Assembly: GCA_003858585.1 (NCBI GenBank)
Contig: RQZE01000006.1
Coordinates: 1 to 32,000, forward strand
From: Erysipelotrichaceae bacterium OH741_COT-311
GTDB lineage: Bacteria; Bacillota_I; Bacilli_A; Erysipelotrichales; Erysipelotrichaceae
DNA: 32,000 nucleotides
Direction: 5' to 3'
Position numbers and translations under genes: made by a program
The notes under the pieces: generated by a model
Told to the model about the DNA's origin: nothing
Database searches by the model: none
What the model saw: the letters and a program-made list of their open reading frames with translations, nothing else
Shown here: positions 18,463 through 26,020 of the stretch, piece by piece
How the letters are laid out: every line of letters starts with the position of its first letter
Numbering within the stretch: position 1 is the stretch's first letter

Positions 18463-18843
18463 ATGGTTACTTTAGAATTTAAAGAAGGTTTTGAAGGAAG
18501 CTTTAGTAAAAACAATCAAACCATTGCAATTGGAAAAGATTACTTTCTGCCTTATGATTTTACCTTTGCAGCGTTAGGGAGCTGTTTATATGCCACCTTT
18601 TTAGATGAACTGGAAGCTTTGAATGTAAAGGTGTATGATGCCAATATTACAGTTGATGGTGTAAAACGTAGTAGTGTACCAACGACATTGGAAGAAGTTA
18701 CGATTGTATGTAAATGTTGTAGCAAAGATGATCCCAATATAGTGAAAGAAGCGTTTCATTTAGCTTGTTTACATTGTAGTATGTTTCAAATGATTAAGCA
18801 TGTGGCAGATATGTTTGCGGATATTGAAGTGATTTGTAAATAA
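18463..18843 (+). CDS. OsmC/Ohr-family protein (small thiol peroxidase-like fold)
   Basis: 126 aa; its ATG directly follows the lgt stop. It shows an OsmC-like pattern: PYDFTFAALGSCLYATF, a Cys-containing helix, then ...LACLHCSMFQMIKH. Confidence 0.6.
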   Translation: MVTLEFKEGFEGSFSKNNQTIAIGKDYFLPYDFTFAALGSCLYATFLDELEALNVKVYDANITVDGVKRSSVPTTLEEVTIVCKCCSKDDPNIVKEAFHLACLHCSMFQMIKHVADMFADIEVICK

Positions 18844-18912
18844 TAATGATTTTCATTTCAAAAAAAATATAATAAAATAAGTGAGTAACTCGTAAAGAGT
18901 ACGGGAGGAAAA

Positions 18913-19473
18913 ATGAAGAAATTATTACTTTTATGTGCAGCAGCAATGTTGTTGATAACAGGTTGTAGCACTACAAAAACAGCAAAGTTTAAACCGAGTG
19001 TATTAGCGAAAGAGTTGGTAGAAACAAAAGACAAGGCATTCTTTATGTCTTTGACAGAACAAAGTCCGGATGAATTGGAAGTAATCAGCTTGCAAGATGT
19101 TTCATTTATTGATGGTTTTGCATCAAAAGAAGCATGTGCAGCGGATGTATTAGCTAAGGATAAAGAAGCGTATACAACAGCGATACAAGATCTGGGAAAA
19201 GCGTATAGTGAATTATTAGCTGGTTTAGATGGAAAAACAGAAGAAAAAGCAACGTTAAATGCGAAAGATGTTGTATTTGGATTTAAGATTACAAGTCCTG
19301 GTTTAAATAAAACAATTTATGTTTATTCTAGTAAATTTGTAAAATTATATGATGGTACTACAGATTATATTTATGCATTGACAGATGAAGAGTTCGCTAA
19401 CTTAAGTAAGGTAAAAGATGACTTCTTTGGTTATTACCATGGCGAACAAATGCCTTGTTGGAATAAAGAATAA
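18913..19473 (+). CDS. Lipoprotein of unknown function
   Basis: 186 aa with a GGGAGG RBS and the signal peptide + lipobox MKKLLLLCAAAMLLITGCS. I recognise no domain. Confidence 0.75.
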   Translation: MKKLLLLCAAAMLLITGCSTTKTAKFKPSVLAKELVETKDKAFFMSLTEQSPDELEVISLQDVSFIDGFASKEACAADVLAKDKEAYTTAIQDLGKAYSELLAGLDGKTEEKATLNAKDVVFGFKITSPGLNKTIYVYSSKFVKLYDGTTDYIYALTDEEFANLSKVKDDFFGYYHGEQMPCWNKE

Positions 19474-19480
19474 TTTTTAA

Positions 19481-19509
19481 AAGACAGTGAGAAATCATTG
19501 TCTTTTTTG
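19481..19509 (+). terminator. Rho-independent terminator of the lipoprotein gene
   Basis: aagacagtga (19481-19490) pairs with tcattgtctt (19495-19504): 10 bp with one G-U, GAAA loop, running into TTTTTT. Confidence 0.8.
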
Positions 19510-19533
19510 TAAAGAAGTGTTAAATCGTATGTT

Positions 19534-19630
19534 TTAGGGAACATTTTGTATATAAATATCTTTAAAAGTTCCCTAAAAGATTGTTTCATAGGGAACTTTT
19601 TGTTATTATTTTGATAGGAAAGTTCCCTAT
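19534..19630 (+). promoter_or_regulatory. Operator-like array: two copies of TAGGGAAC-N25-GTTCCCTA, 54 nt apart, directly upstream of the Fic-like gene
   Basis: TTAGGGAAC (19534-19542) pairs with GTTCCCTAA (19568-19576), and ATAGGGAAC (19588-19596) with GTTCCCTAT (19622-19630). Both inner spacers are exactly 25 nt and AT-rich. The first spacer contains TATAAAT (19551-19557). The last half-site abuts the AAGAGG RBS (19631-19636). Confidence 0.5.
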
Positions 19631-19645
19631 AAGAGGTTTAAGAAG

Positions 19646-20590
19646 ATGAACAATACATTTAATATTATACAGAAATTACTTCAGGAAAAGGCAGATTATC
19701 AAGCTCGTTTAAGCTTGATTCCTTATGATGGATCTCCTGAAGTTAAAGAAAATACGAGTGGAAAATATCTATATATTAGGAAAAGAGTTAAAGGGAAATT
19801 GACATCCACTTATGTCGATGTATATTCGGATGAATTGTATCAATTTTTACTTCGCAATTTTAAAGAAGCGCGAGAATTAAAAAAGCAGATTCGTCGTGTT
19901 GATAAAGAGCTTACTAAAAATGGTTATGTATCAGAAGAACTTTCATTAGATGTGTTGATGAATCTAGATTTTGCAAGAGCGAATATGAAAGCAAATATCT
20001 ATGATCAAGCAATTTTAGAGGGAGTTGCTACAACGTTTCCACAAACAGAAGAAATCATAGAAAATGGTACTGTAAATGGAATGTCAGCTAGTGATGTACA
20101 AAAGATTCTTAATTTAAAACATGCATGGGAGTTTATCCTTGATAAAGATGTCATACAAGCGGATAGTAACTTCTATTTATTGTCACATATAGCTAAATTG
20201 GTCAATGAAGGATTCTTTCATGATGGCGGAAGGATTCGAGGGGTTCCTGTAAGTATTGGTGGTACCAGCTATATTCCACCATTACCTATAGAACCCATTG
20301 TTATAGAAACGATGAATGCAATTGTAAAGTCAAACAAAGAACTTATTGATAAAGCCATTGAACTTTGTATGTATTGTATGCGAACGCAAATCTTTCTTGA
20401 TGGGAATAAACGAGCATCCATCATCTTTGTGAATCATTTTATGATTTCTCATGGATTGGGAATCCTTGTTATTCCTGAAAATCATGTTACAGAGTTTAAG
20501 AAGAAACTGGTTGAGTATTATGAAAATGCCGATATACAAGGAATGAGTGTATTCTTAAAAGAAAAATGTTGGAAGAAAATGAACGATTAA
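19646..20590 (+). CDS. Fic/Doc-fold protein with degenerate active-site motif (QIFLDGNKR instead of HxFxDGN[GK]R)
   Basis: 314 aa. The layout is Fic-like: an alpha-inh-like QAILEGVATTF, then GRIRGVPVSIGGTSYIPPLPIEPIVIETM (cf. G.yR...V.I.g..y.pP), then the core motif TQIFLDGNKRASIIF at nt 20387-20413. The first roughly 100 aa form an unrecognised domain. Confidence 0.7.
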   Translation: MNNTFNIIQKLLQEKADYQARLSLIPYDGSPEVKENTSGKYLYIRKRVKGKLTSTYVDVYSDELYQFLLRNFKEARELKKQIRRVDKELTKNGYVSEELSLDVLMNLDFARANMKANIYDQAILEGVATTFPQTEEIIENGTVNGMSASDVQKILNLKHAWEFILDKDVIQADSNFYLLSHIAKLVNEGFFHDGGRIRGVPVSIGGTSYIPPLPIEPIVIETMNAIVKSNKELIDKAIELCMYCMRTQIFLDGNKRASIIFVNHFMISHGLGILVIPENHVTEFKKKLVEYYENADIQGMSVFLKEKCWKKMND

Positions 20591-20709
20591 AATTTAAGAA
20601 TTTAAGAATAGTATAAATGATATATTGACTATTCAGTTAAAATTCTATATCATATTATGATTTAACTTTAAAGTTGAATGGGCGGTATGGGCAAAGAAAG
20701 GATTTAATT

Positions 20710-21393
20710 ATGTATCATTTTGAATATGTAAAAAAAGTAGAGTATATACCAGAGAAAAAAATCATAAAGCTTCTACAAGATGTAAAAAGAGATTTAAGCA
20801 AAAAATTTACAATACGTTTTAAGTTTGTGGGAAGTGTGGCACGTAATATGATTACACGAGACAAAAAAACAAATGTTGGATATGATTTTGATGTAAATAT
20901 TTATGTGGATAATGTTTATGATTACAAACCAAAATATATACGTATGGAAATTCGAAAATCCATTGATAAATTTGTTAAGAAGTATGGATATGCTACAGTT
21001 GAAGATAGTACAAGTGTACTCACTATTAAGGTAAAAGACAAAGCAAAGTCTTGTATTAAGCATAGTTGTGATTTTGCAGTGGTAGATGAATTTGAAGATG
21101 AAGATGGAAATTGGAATCAATGCTATATAAAACTCAATAAAAAAAGTAATTCTTATATCTGGCAAGAGCGATCAAATAGTTTTTATGACCTACAATATAA
21201 AATAGAATGGCTAAAAAAGAATAACTATTGGCATGAAGTTCGTAATCAATACATTGAAAATAAAAATAAAAATGAAAATCCAAAAGTGAAATCAAGATCA
21301 ATCTTTGCGTATACAGTAGCGGAAGTATTTCATTGGTATAGAGAAGCAAGAAAACCAAAAGTAAAACAAGATATAGTTTTAAACTTTTGGTGA
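20710..21393 (+). CDS. Minimal Pol-beta-superfamily nucleotidyltransferase (SMODS/CD-NTase-like appearance)
   Basis: I place the start at ATG 20710 (GAAAGGA RBS 7 nt upstream) rather than the track start at 20674, giving 227 aa. NTase signature FVGSVARNMITRDKKTNVGYDFDVNIYV (G-S...D-x-D, nt 20830-20892) plus a downstream acidic strand HSCDFAVVDEF. The C-terminal half is helical. The gene is AT-rich (11 G+C in 20881-20940 by hand count). Confidence 0.55.
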   Translation: MYHFEYVKKVEYIPEKKIIKLLQDVKRDLSKKFTIRFKFVGSVARNMITRDKKTNVGYDFDVNIYVDNVYDYKPKYIRMEIRKSIDKFVKKYGYATVEDSTSVLTIKVKDKAKSCIKHSCDFAVVDEFEDEDGNWNQCYIKLNKKSNSYIWQERSNSFYDLQYKIEWLKKNNYWHEVRNQYIENKNKNENPKVKSRSIFAYTVAEVFHWYREARKPKVKQDIVLNFW

Positions 21394-21422
21394 AATAAGT
21401 TTCATAAATAATAGGAGTTAAT

Positions 21423-21896
21423 ATGATTAAAATTATGTTTGTGTGCCACGGCAATATTTGTCGTTCAACCATGGCAGAAGCGATTGCGAAAGATATGATT
21501 ATAAAAAGAGGACTTCAAGATAAGATAGCAGTGGCATCTTGTGCGACAAGTTGTGAAGAACTAGGTAATGAGCCGGATGCTAGAACGATGAAGGTATTGA
21601 ATCGACACGGCTATGATGCAAGTGCGCTTTTAAAGGGAAAACGTGCTAGACAAGTAAAACGTCATGAATATACAGATTGGGATTACTTTTTTGTCATGGA
21701 TGACAACAACATTCGTAATCTTTCCGGAATCTTTGAAGATACCGATCAAAAAGTGTACAAGATAGCTACATATACAAAAGGATTGAATAAAAATGTGGCA
21801 GATCCTTGGTATAGCGGTGACTTTGAAACGACATATCAAGAATTAATTGAGTACATTGCTATTCTTTTTGATAAGCTTATTGATGGTGTATTATAA
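21423..21896 (+). CDS. Low-molecular-weight protein-tyrosine phosphatase
   Basis: 157 aa with an AGGAG RBS, the N-terminal P-loop IMFVCHGNICRSTMAEA (CX5R-S/T) and the general-acid motif VADPWY. Confidence 0.9.
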   Translation: MIKIMFVCHGNICRSTMAEAIAKDMIIKRGLQDKIAVASCATSCEELGNEPDARTMKVLNRHGYDASALLKGKRARQVKRHEYTDWDYFFVMDDNNIRNLSGIFEDTDQKVYKIATYTKGLNKNVADPWYSGDFETTYQELIEYIAILFDKLIDGVL

Positions 21897-21944
21897 TAGC
21901 TTCAAGGATTTTATCTGGCTATAATAAATATGTGGAGGTATGGT

Positions 21945-22685
21945 ATGACAGATTTCATTCAGATGATAAAAAATCATCGCAGTATTCGAAATTATACGGA
22001 TGAACAAGTAAAAGAAAAAGATTTACAGGCTATCATTGAAAGTGCAATTCATGCACCCTCATCGATTAATGGACAACAATGGAGCCTTTTAGTAGTTAAA
22101 GATCAAGTGAAGAAAGAACAATTGGCGCAGTTATGTGGTGGACAGCCATGGATTGCGAAAGCTCCGGTTTTTATGATTTTTTTAATGGATTATTATAAAA
22201 TTGCAAAAAAGATGGAAGAATATGGATATCCATTTGAGCACTCGACATCTATTGAATCTATTATGGTTGGCTCTGTGGATGTTGGAATTGCGTTTTCTAA
22301 TGCGATGAATGCGGCAGAATCGTTAGGGTATGGCATTGTTCCTATTGGGGGAGTGCGAAATGAACCAAACGAAATCATTGCTCTTTTAGAGCTTCCAAAA
22401 TATGTATATCCTGTGCTTGGGATGTGTATAGGTGTAGAAGAAGGTAAACAAGAGGTGAAACCTAGACTTCCGTATGAGGCAATGGTTTCGGTGGATGTAT
22501 ATAATCAGAATAGTGATTTATATGTAAAAGCATATGATGAAACGATTAAAGAATATATGAGTAAGCGCACAAACGGTAAGAATCAACGCTCTTGGAGTGA
22601 AGCAGTAGCTTCGGTATACAAAGCAGTTTCTTCTACTAAAGTTCGAGATAGTTTAAAAGAACAAGGTTTTACAAACGAGAAATAA
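21945..22685 (+). CDS. NfsA-like NAD(P)H nitroreductase
   Basis: I place the start at ATG 21945 (GGAGG at 21934-21938). The pattern NHRSIRNYTDEQV...AIHAPSSINGQQWSLLVV and the roughly 246-aa length fit the nitroreductase (NfsA/FRP) family. Confidence 0.85.
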   Translation: MTDFIQMIKNHRSIRNYTDEQVKEKDLQAIIESAIHAPSSINGQQWSLLVVKDQVKKEQLAQLCGGQPWIAKAPVFMIFLMDYYKIAKKMEEYGYPFEHSTSIESIMVGSVDVGIAFSNAMNAAESLGYGIVPIGGVRNEPNEIIALLELPKYVYPVLGMCIGVEEGKQEVKPRLPYEAMVSVDVYNQNSDLYVKAYDETIKEYMSKRTNGKNQRSWSEAVASVYKAVSSTKVRDSLKEQGFTNEK

Positions 22686-22706
22686 TTAATATAGTTGTTT
22701 AAAAAA

Positions 22707-22737
22707 ATATAGGTCAATGCAAGTCATTGACCTATAT
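22707..22737. terminator. Bidirectional rho-independent terminator between the convergent nitroreductase and DeoR genes
   Basis: atataggtcaatg (22707-22719) pairs with cattgacctatat (22725-22737): a perfect 13-bp stem with a 5-nt loop, an A run upstream and a T run downstream. The right arm overlaps the last codons of the DeoR ORF. Confidence 0.85.
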
Positions 22738-23514
22738 TTTATTTAGGGGTTTTAATTTGGTAACCAAAACACCATGTTCTTTCAATTTTTCACATTGTTC
22801 ATCGTTTGCGTTAATGTCTGTAATCACATGATTTATAGAACGAATATGTCCGGTTGTAAAACTGTGATCATTACCAATCTTAGTATAGTCACATAATACA
22901 AAAACAGGTCCGTTGCAGCGTTCAATCATCATCTCGTTGATAGGAACTTCATTTTGTATGGCAGTGGTAATTCCGTTAGTTACACTAATACCGCTACATC
23001 CAATAAAGCATTTATTGGCAGAAACACGACGTAAATTATTTAAAGCAAACTCTCCGATCATTGCTTCTTTAGGAAAGCGTAACTCTCCACCTGTTAAAAA
23101 AATGGATACCAACGGGTCGTGTTTTTCTAACAGTGATTTGGCGTTGTTTGTGATAATGGTTACTCGTTTATGTTTGATATATTGAATAATTAATAATGCT
23201 GTGCTGGAAGTATTAATAAAAATCGTATCTCCATCTTCGATAAATTGAGAGGCATATTTTGCGATGGCGTGTTTATAACGATCATTGGTAAAGTTGGTAT
23301 TGTTGTGGTTTACCATGTGTTGTACTAATTTAGCACCGCCATGAAACCGAGTAATGGCACCACGATCTTCCCAATACTGCAAGTCACGACGTATCGTGAT
23401 TTTAGAGGTTTGAAATTCATTGGCTAAGGTATCTACATCAATTTTACCAAGTTTTTGAATTAAAACCATAATGTTATCTCGACGTTGTTTTACAATTTCA
23501 TAATTTACTTTCAT
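22732..23514 (-). CDS. DeoR-family transcriptional regulator (UlaR-like by position, divergent from the ula operon)
   Basis: 260 aa with the N-terminal wHTH IDVDTLANEFQTSKITIRRDLQYWEDRGAITRFHGGA and a C-terminal DeoR sugar-phosphate sensor domain (FINTSSTA..., FLTGGELR, AFIGCSGIS). Confidence 0.88.
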   Translation of the reverse strand: MKVNYEIVKQRRDNIMVLIQKLGKIDVDTLANEFQTSKITIRRDLQYWEDRGAITRFHGGAKLVQHMVNHNNTNFTNDRYKHAIAKYASQFIEDGDTIFINTSSTALLIIQYIKHKRVTIITNNAKSLLEKHDPLVSIFLTGGELRFPKEAMIGEFALNNLRRVSANKCFIGCSGISVTNGITTAIQNEVPINEMMIERCNGPVFVLCDYTKIGNDHSFTTGHIRSINHVITDINANDEQCEKLKEHGVLVTKLKPLNKI

Positions 23515-23522
23515 ACTGTTAC

Positions 23523-24290
23523 CTATAACATCTTCTCTACCGGAAGTTTATTACACACTTCGTAGAGTTCTTTTTTTATACCTTCGGCTTGTTTTGAATC
23601 GATTTTTAACATCGTTTTATATTGGTACAAATAAAACTGTGTAAGTTCTTTATTGTTCATATATGCCGTATTTACTAATTTATAGTTTTTTAGTGCTTTT
23701 TGATAATCGTTACTCATATAGTAAAATAAGGCTTCTAATTCTGTGTAGTGATAAATAGGAGCAATCTTATGCCCTTTTACTTTTGCATCTTTTAACTTTA
23801 CAATTTCAGGATACCATTTTTTAGCTTGTGTTTTATTATTAGCATAAACATGGGCTTGAAAGGTTGATACATTTCGGATGAACAACATATCAATGGAGCT
23901 GCGAAATTGTTTGTCGTAAGTTTCCAGATGCTTTAAAATACGTTCACTATCAAAGGTTGCAACATAATAAAGTAAGCCAAATAAAATACGATCGTTTTTG
24001 TAGGAACGAAAGATATCTTTTTTTTGTAAATGATTAAAAATTGTTACTGCTTTTTCAGGATCACATTCCATATTTAAGGCTTTGATAGCAAGGTGATATT
24101 GATATTTTAAATATTCTGCAAATATAGCAACACTTAACATAATCAGGGTGATTGCTAAGTAGAGTGCTTTTACTTTTATATCTTGTGTTTTTAAGATTAA
24201 GTTTACTGAAAAAATGACAAAAACTGTATAAATAATAAAATTGATTATGCGTTGTGTTTTGGGATGAAAAATAAATTGTTTTAGTTTCAT
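23523..24290 (-). CDS. Hypothetical membrane-anchored helical-repeat (TPR-like) protein, co-transcribed with the DeoR regulator
   Basis: 255 aa with a GAGGT RBS. Two N-terminal TM helices (IINFIIYTVFVIFSVNLIL; ALYLAITLIMLSVAIFA) precede a helical Tyr/Lys-rich soluble part. Its stop is 8 nt from the DeoR start. Confidence 0.55.
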   Translation of the reverse strand: MKLKQFIFHPKTQRIINFIIYTVFVIFSVNLILKTQDIKVKALYLAITLIMLSVAIFAEYLKYQYHLAIKALNMECDPEKAVTIFNHLQKKDIFRSYKNDRILFGLLYYVATFDSERILKHLETYDKQFRSSIDMLFIRNVSTFQAHVYANNKTQAKKWYPEIVKLKDAKVKGHKIAPIYHYTELEALFYYMSNDYQKALKNYKLVNTAYMNNKELTQFYLYQYKTMLKIDSKQAEGIKKELYEVCNKLPVEKML

Positions 24291-24352
24291 ATCGTTTTAA
24301 CCTCAACCTATTATATGTTTATATAGACATAAAAGTCAATGTATTTAAGACA

Positions 24353-24366
24353 TGTAAACGCTTAAT
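24353..24366 (+). promoter_or_regulatory. Candidate cre (CcpA) site in the ula / deoR divergent control region
   Basis: TGTAAACGCTTAAT matches 12/14 positions of TGWAANCGNTNWCA and shares the core TAAACGCTTA with the GH31 cre candidate. It sits 6 nt upstream of TATAAT (24373-24378). Confidence 0.35.
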
Positions 24367-24477
24367 TTCATGTATAATTTTGTAAATAATTCATATAAAC
24401 GGTCAAATAATCATATAATTGTATTGTGAATTAATGAGTAATTATATATGATTACTTTAGGTAAAGGAGTGTGAAGT

Positions 24478-25542
24478 ATGCCAAAAGTAAATGATGTTAC
24501 ACGTGAATCTTGGATTTTAGGAGCGTTTCCGGAATGGGGAACTTGGCTAAATGAAGAAATTGACAATGAAGTTGTAAAACCTGGGAATTTAGCGATGTGG
24601 TGGCTTGGCTGTGTTGGACTTTGGATGAAGACAGAAAATGACACAAATATTGCGATTGATTTGTGGTTTGGCAATGGAAAACGAACGCAAAAAGTAGCGG
24701 AGATGTTACCTTATCATCAAATGAGAAATATGATGGGGGTTAAGGCACTACAACCAAATTTAAGAGGTGCACCGATTGTTTATGATCCATTTGCAGTTAC
24801 AAAGTGTGATGCTGTATTGTCGACACATTATCATAATGATCATATTGATTTGTTCTTTGCAGCAGCTGTACTTAAGAATTGTAAGGATGATGTGCCGTTT
24901 ATCGGACCGTTGGAAAGTGTTAAGAAGTGGCTTGCATGGGGTGTTCCTGAAGAACGCTGCCGTGTAGTAAAACCGGGAGATGTGATTCAAATCAAAGATG
25001 TGAAAATTCACGTATTGGATTCTTATGATCGTACGTGTCTTGTAACAACAGAAGTAAATGAAAATATCAGTGGTATTTGTCCAAGTAATATGGATGATAA
25101 AGCGGTTAACTATTTATTTGAAACACCTGCGGGTAATATTTATCACACTGGTGATTCACACTATAGTATCTGTTATGCAGAAATCGGTAAGAAGTATGAC
25201 ATTGACGTAGTATTTGGTTCTTACGGAGAAAATCCGGTTGGTTGTCAAGATAAGATGACTTCTGTGGATATTTGTCGTATGGCAGAAGCATGTAATGCAA
25301 AAGTGGTAATTCCACTTCATTATGATGTATGGACAAACATGAAAGCAGATCCGGAAGAAATCATGATGATTTATAATTTTAAGAAAGATGTATTGAAGTA
25401 TAAATTCCATCCGTTTATTTGGGATGTTGGTGGTAAATATATTTGGCCACAAGATAAAGATTTATTGAAGTTCCATTATCGTCGTGGATTCGAAGATTGC
25501 TTTACAGAAGAAAGAAACGTTCCGTTTAAGAGTATCTTATAA
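24478..25542 (+). CDS. ulaG: L-ascorbate-6-phosphate lactonase
   Basis: 354 aa, collinear with E. coli UlaG from the first residues: [22 protein letters not shown]...[13 protein letters not shown]...[11 protein letters not shown] (metallo-beta-lactamase HxHxDH). Confidence 0.93.
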   Translation: MPKVNDVTRESWILGAFPEWGTWLNEEIDNEVVKPGNLAMWWLGCVGLWMKTENDTNIAIDLWFGNGKRTQKVAEMLPYHQMRNMMGVKALQPNLRGAPIVYDPFAVTKCDAVLSTHYHNDHIDLFFAAAVLKNCKDDVPFIGPLESVKKWLAWGVPEERCRVVKPGDVIQIKDVKIHVLDSYDRTCLVTTEVNENISGICPSNMDDKAVNYLFETPAGNIYHTGDSHYSICYAEIGKKYDIDVVFGSYGENPVGCQDKMTSVDICRMAEACNAKVVIPLHYDVWTNMKADPEEIMMIYNFKKDVLKYKFHPFIWDVGGKYIWPQDKDLLKFHYRRGFEDCFTEERNVPFKSIL

Positions 25543-26003
25543 TGAGTAATCTATTGCAGACGATGATAGATAACAAATTGACTTGTTATCATGAAGGATT
25601 TGAAGATTGGAAAGATGCATTAGTGGCTTGTGGACAACCATTAATGAAGGCTGGTTATATTACAAGTGAATATATCGATGCGATTATTGATTGTGTTGAA
25701 AAATATGGTTCTTATATTGTAATTGCTCCAAATATCGCAATGCCTCATTCTACTGAAAATGCGAAAGGGACATTGAAAACAGGCATTGGCTTTATGAAGG
25801 TAAATCAAGCCGTAGTGTTTGAAAAAGAGGATCGTGAAAAAGATGCAAGATTGTTCTTTACACTTGTATCTTGTAATCATGAAGATCATTTGGCAAACAT
25901 GATGCAGCTATCTGAACTTTTAATGAATGAAGAGTTAGTGAGTGAATTGCTTAAGGTGAATAACGATGAAGAGTTATTAGCCGTAGCTAGAAAGTATGCG
26001 TAA
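25542..26003 (+). CDS. ulaC: Ascorbate-specific PTS enzyme IIA
   Basis: 153 aa; the start overlaps the ulaG stop (taATG). It belongs to the PTS_EIIA_2 family, with YIVIAPNIAMPHS containing the phospho-His (cf. E. coli UlaC YFVLAPGLAMPHG). Confidence 0.9.
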   Translation: MSNLLQTMIDNKLTCYHEGFEDWKDALVACGQPLMKAGYITSEYIDAIIDCVEKYGSYIVIAPNIAMPHSTENAKGTLKTGIGFMKVNQAVVFEKEDREKDARLFFTLVSCNHEDHLANMMQLSELLMNEELVSELLKVNNDEELLAVARKYA

Positions 26004-26020
26004 GCATAAAGGGGAATAAT

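Noticed and set aside
20674-20709. N-terminal extension MNGRYGQRKDLI of the NTase ORF as given in the track.
   Set aside because: No RBS precedes 20674, whereas GAAAGGA sits 7 nt upstream of ATG 20710, so I use the internal start.
21930-21944. Track start MWRYG for the nitroreductase, and likewise 29540 (MVRELT) for ulaE.
   Set aside because: For the nitroreductase, the GGAGG RBS lies inside the putative extension, so ATG 21945 is properly spaced. For ulaE, alignment with E. coli UlaE begins at [14 protein letters not shown] (29558).
24061-24306. 81-aa minus-strand ORF, plus 24411-24674 (87 aa, minus strand) overlapping the ulaG start.
   Set aside because: The first is an alternative frame of the 255-aa membrane protein gene. 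The second is antisense to the ulaG RBS and N-terminus. Neither has supporting signals.
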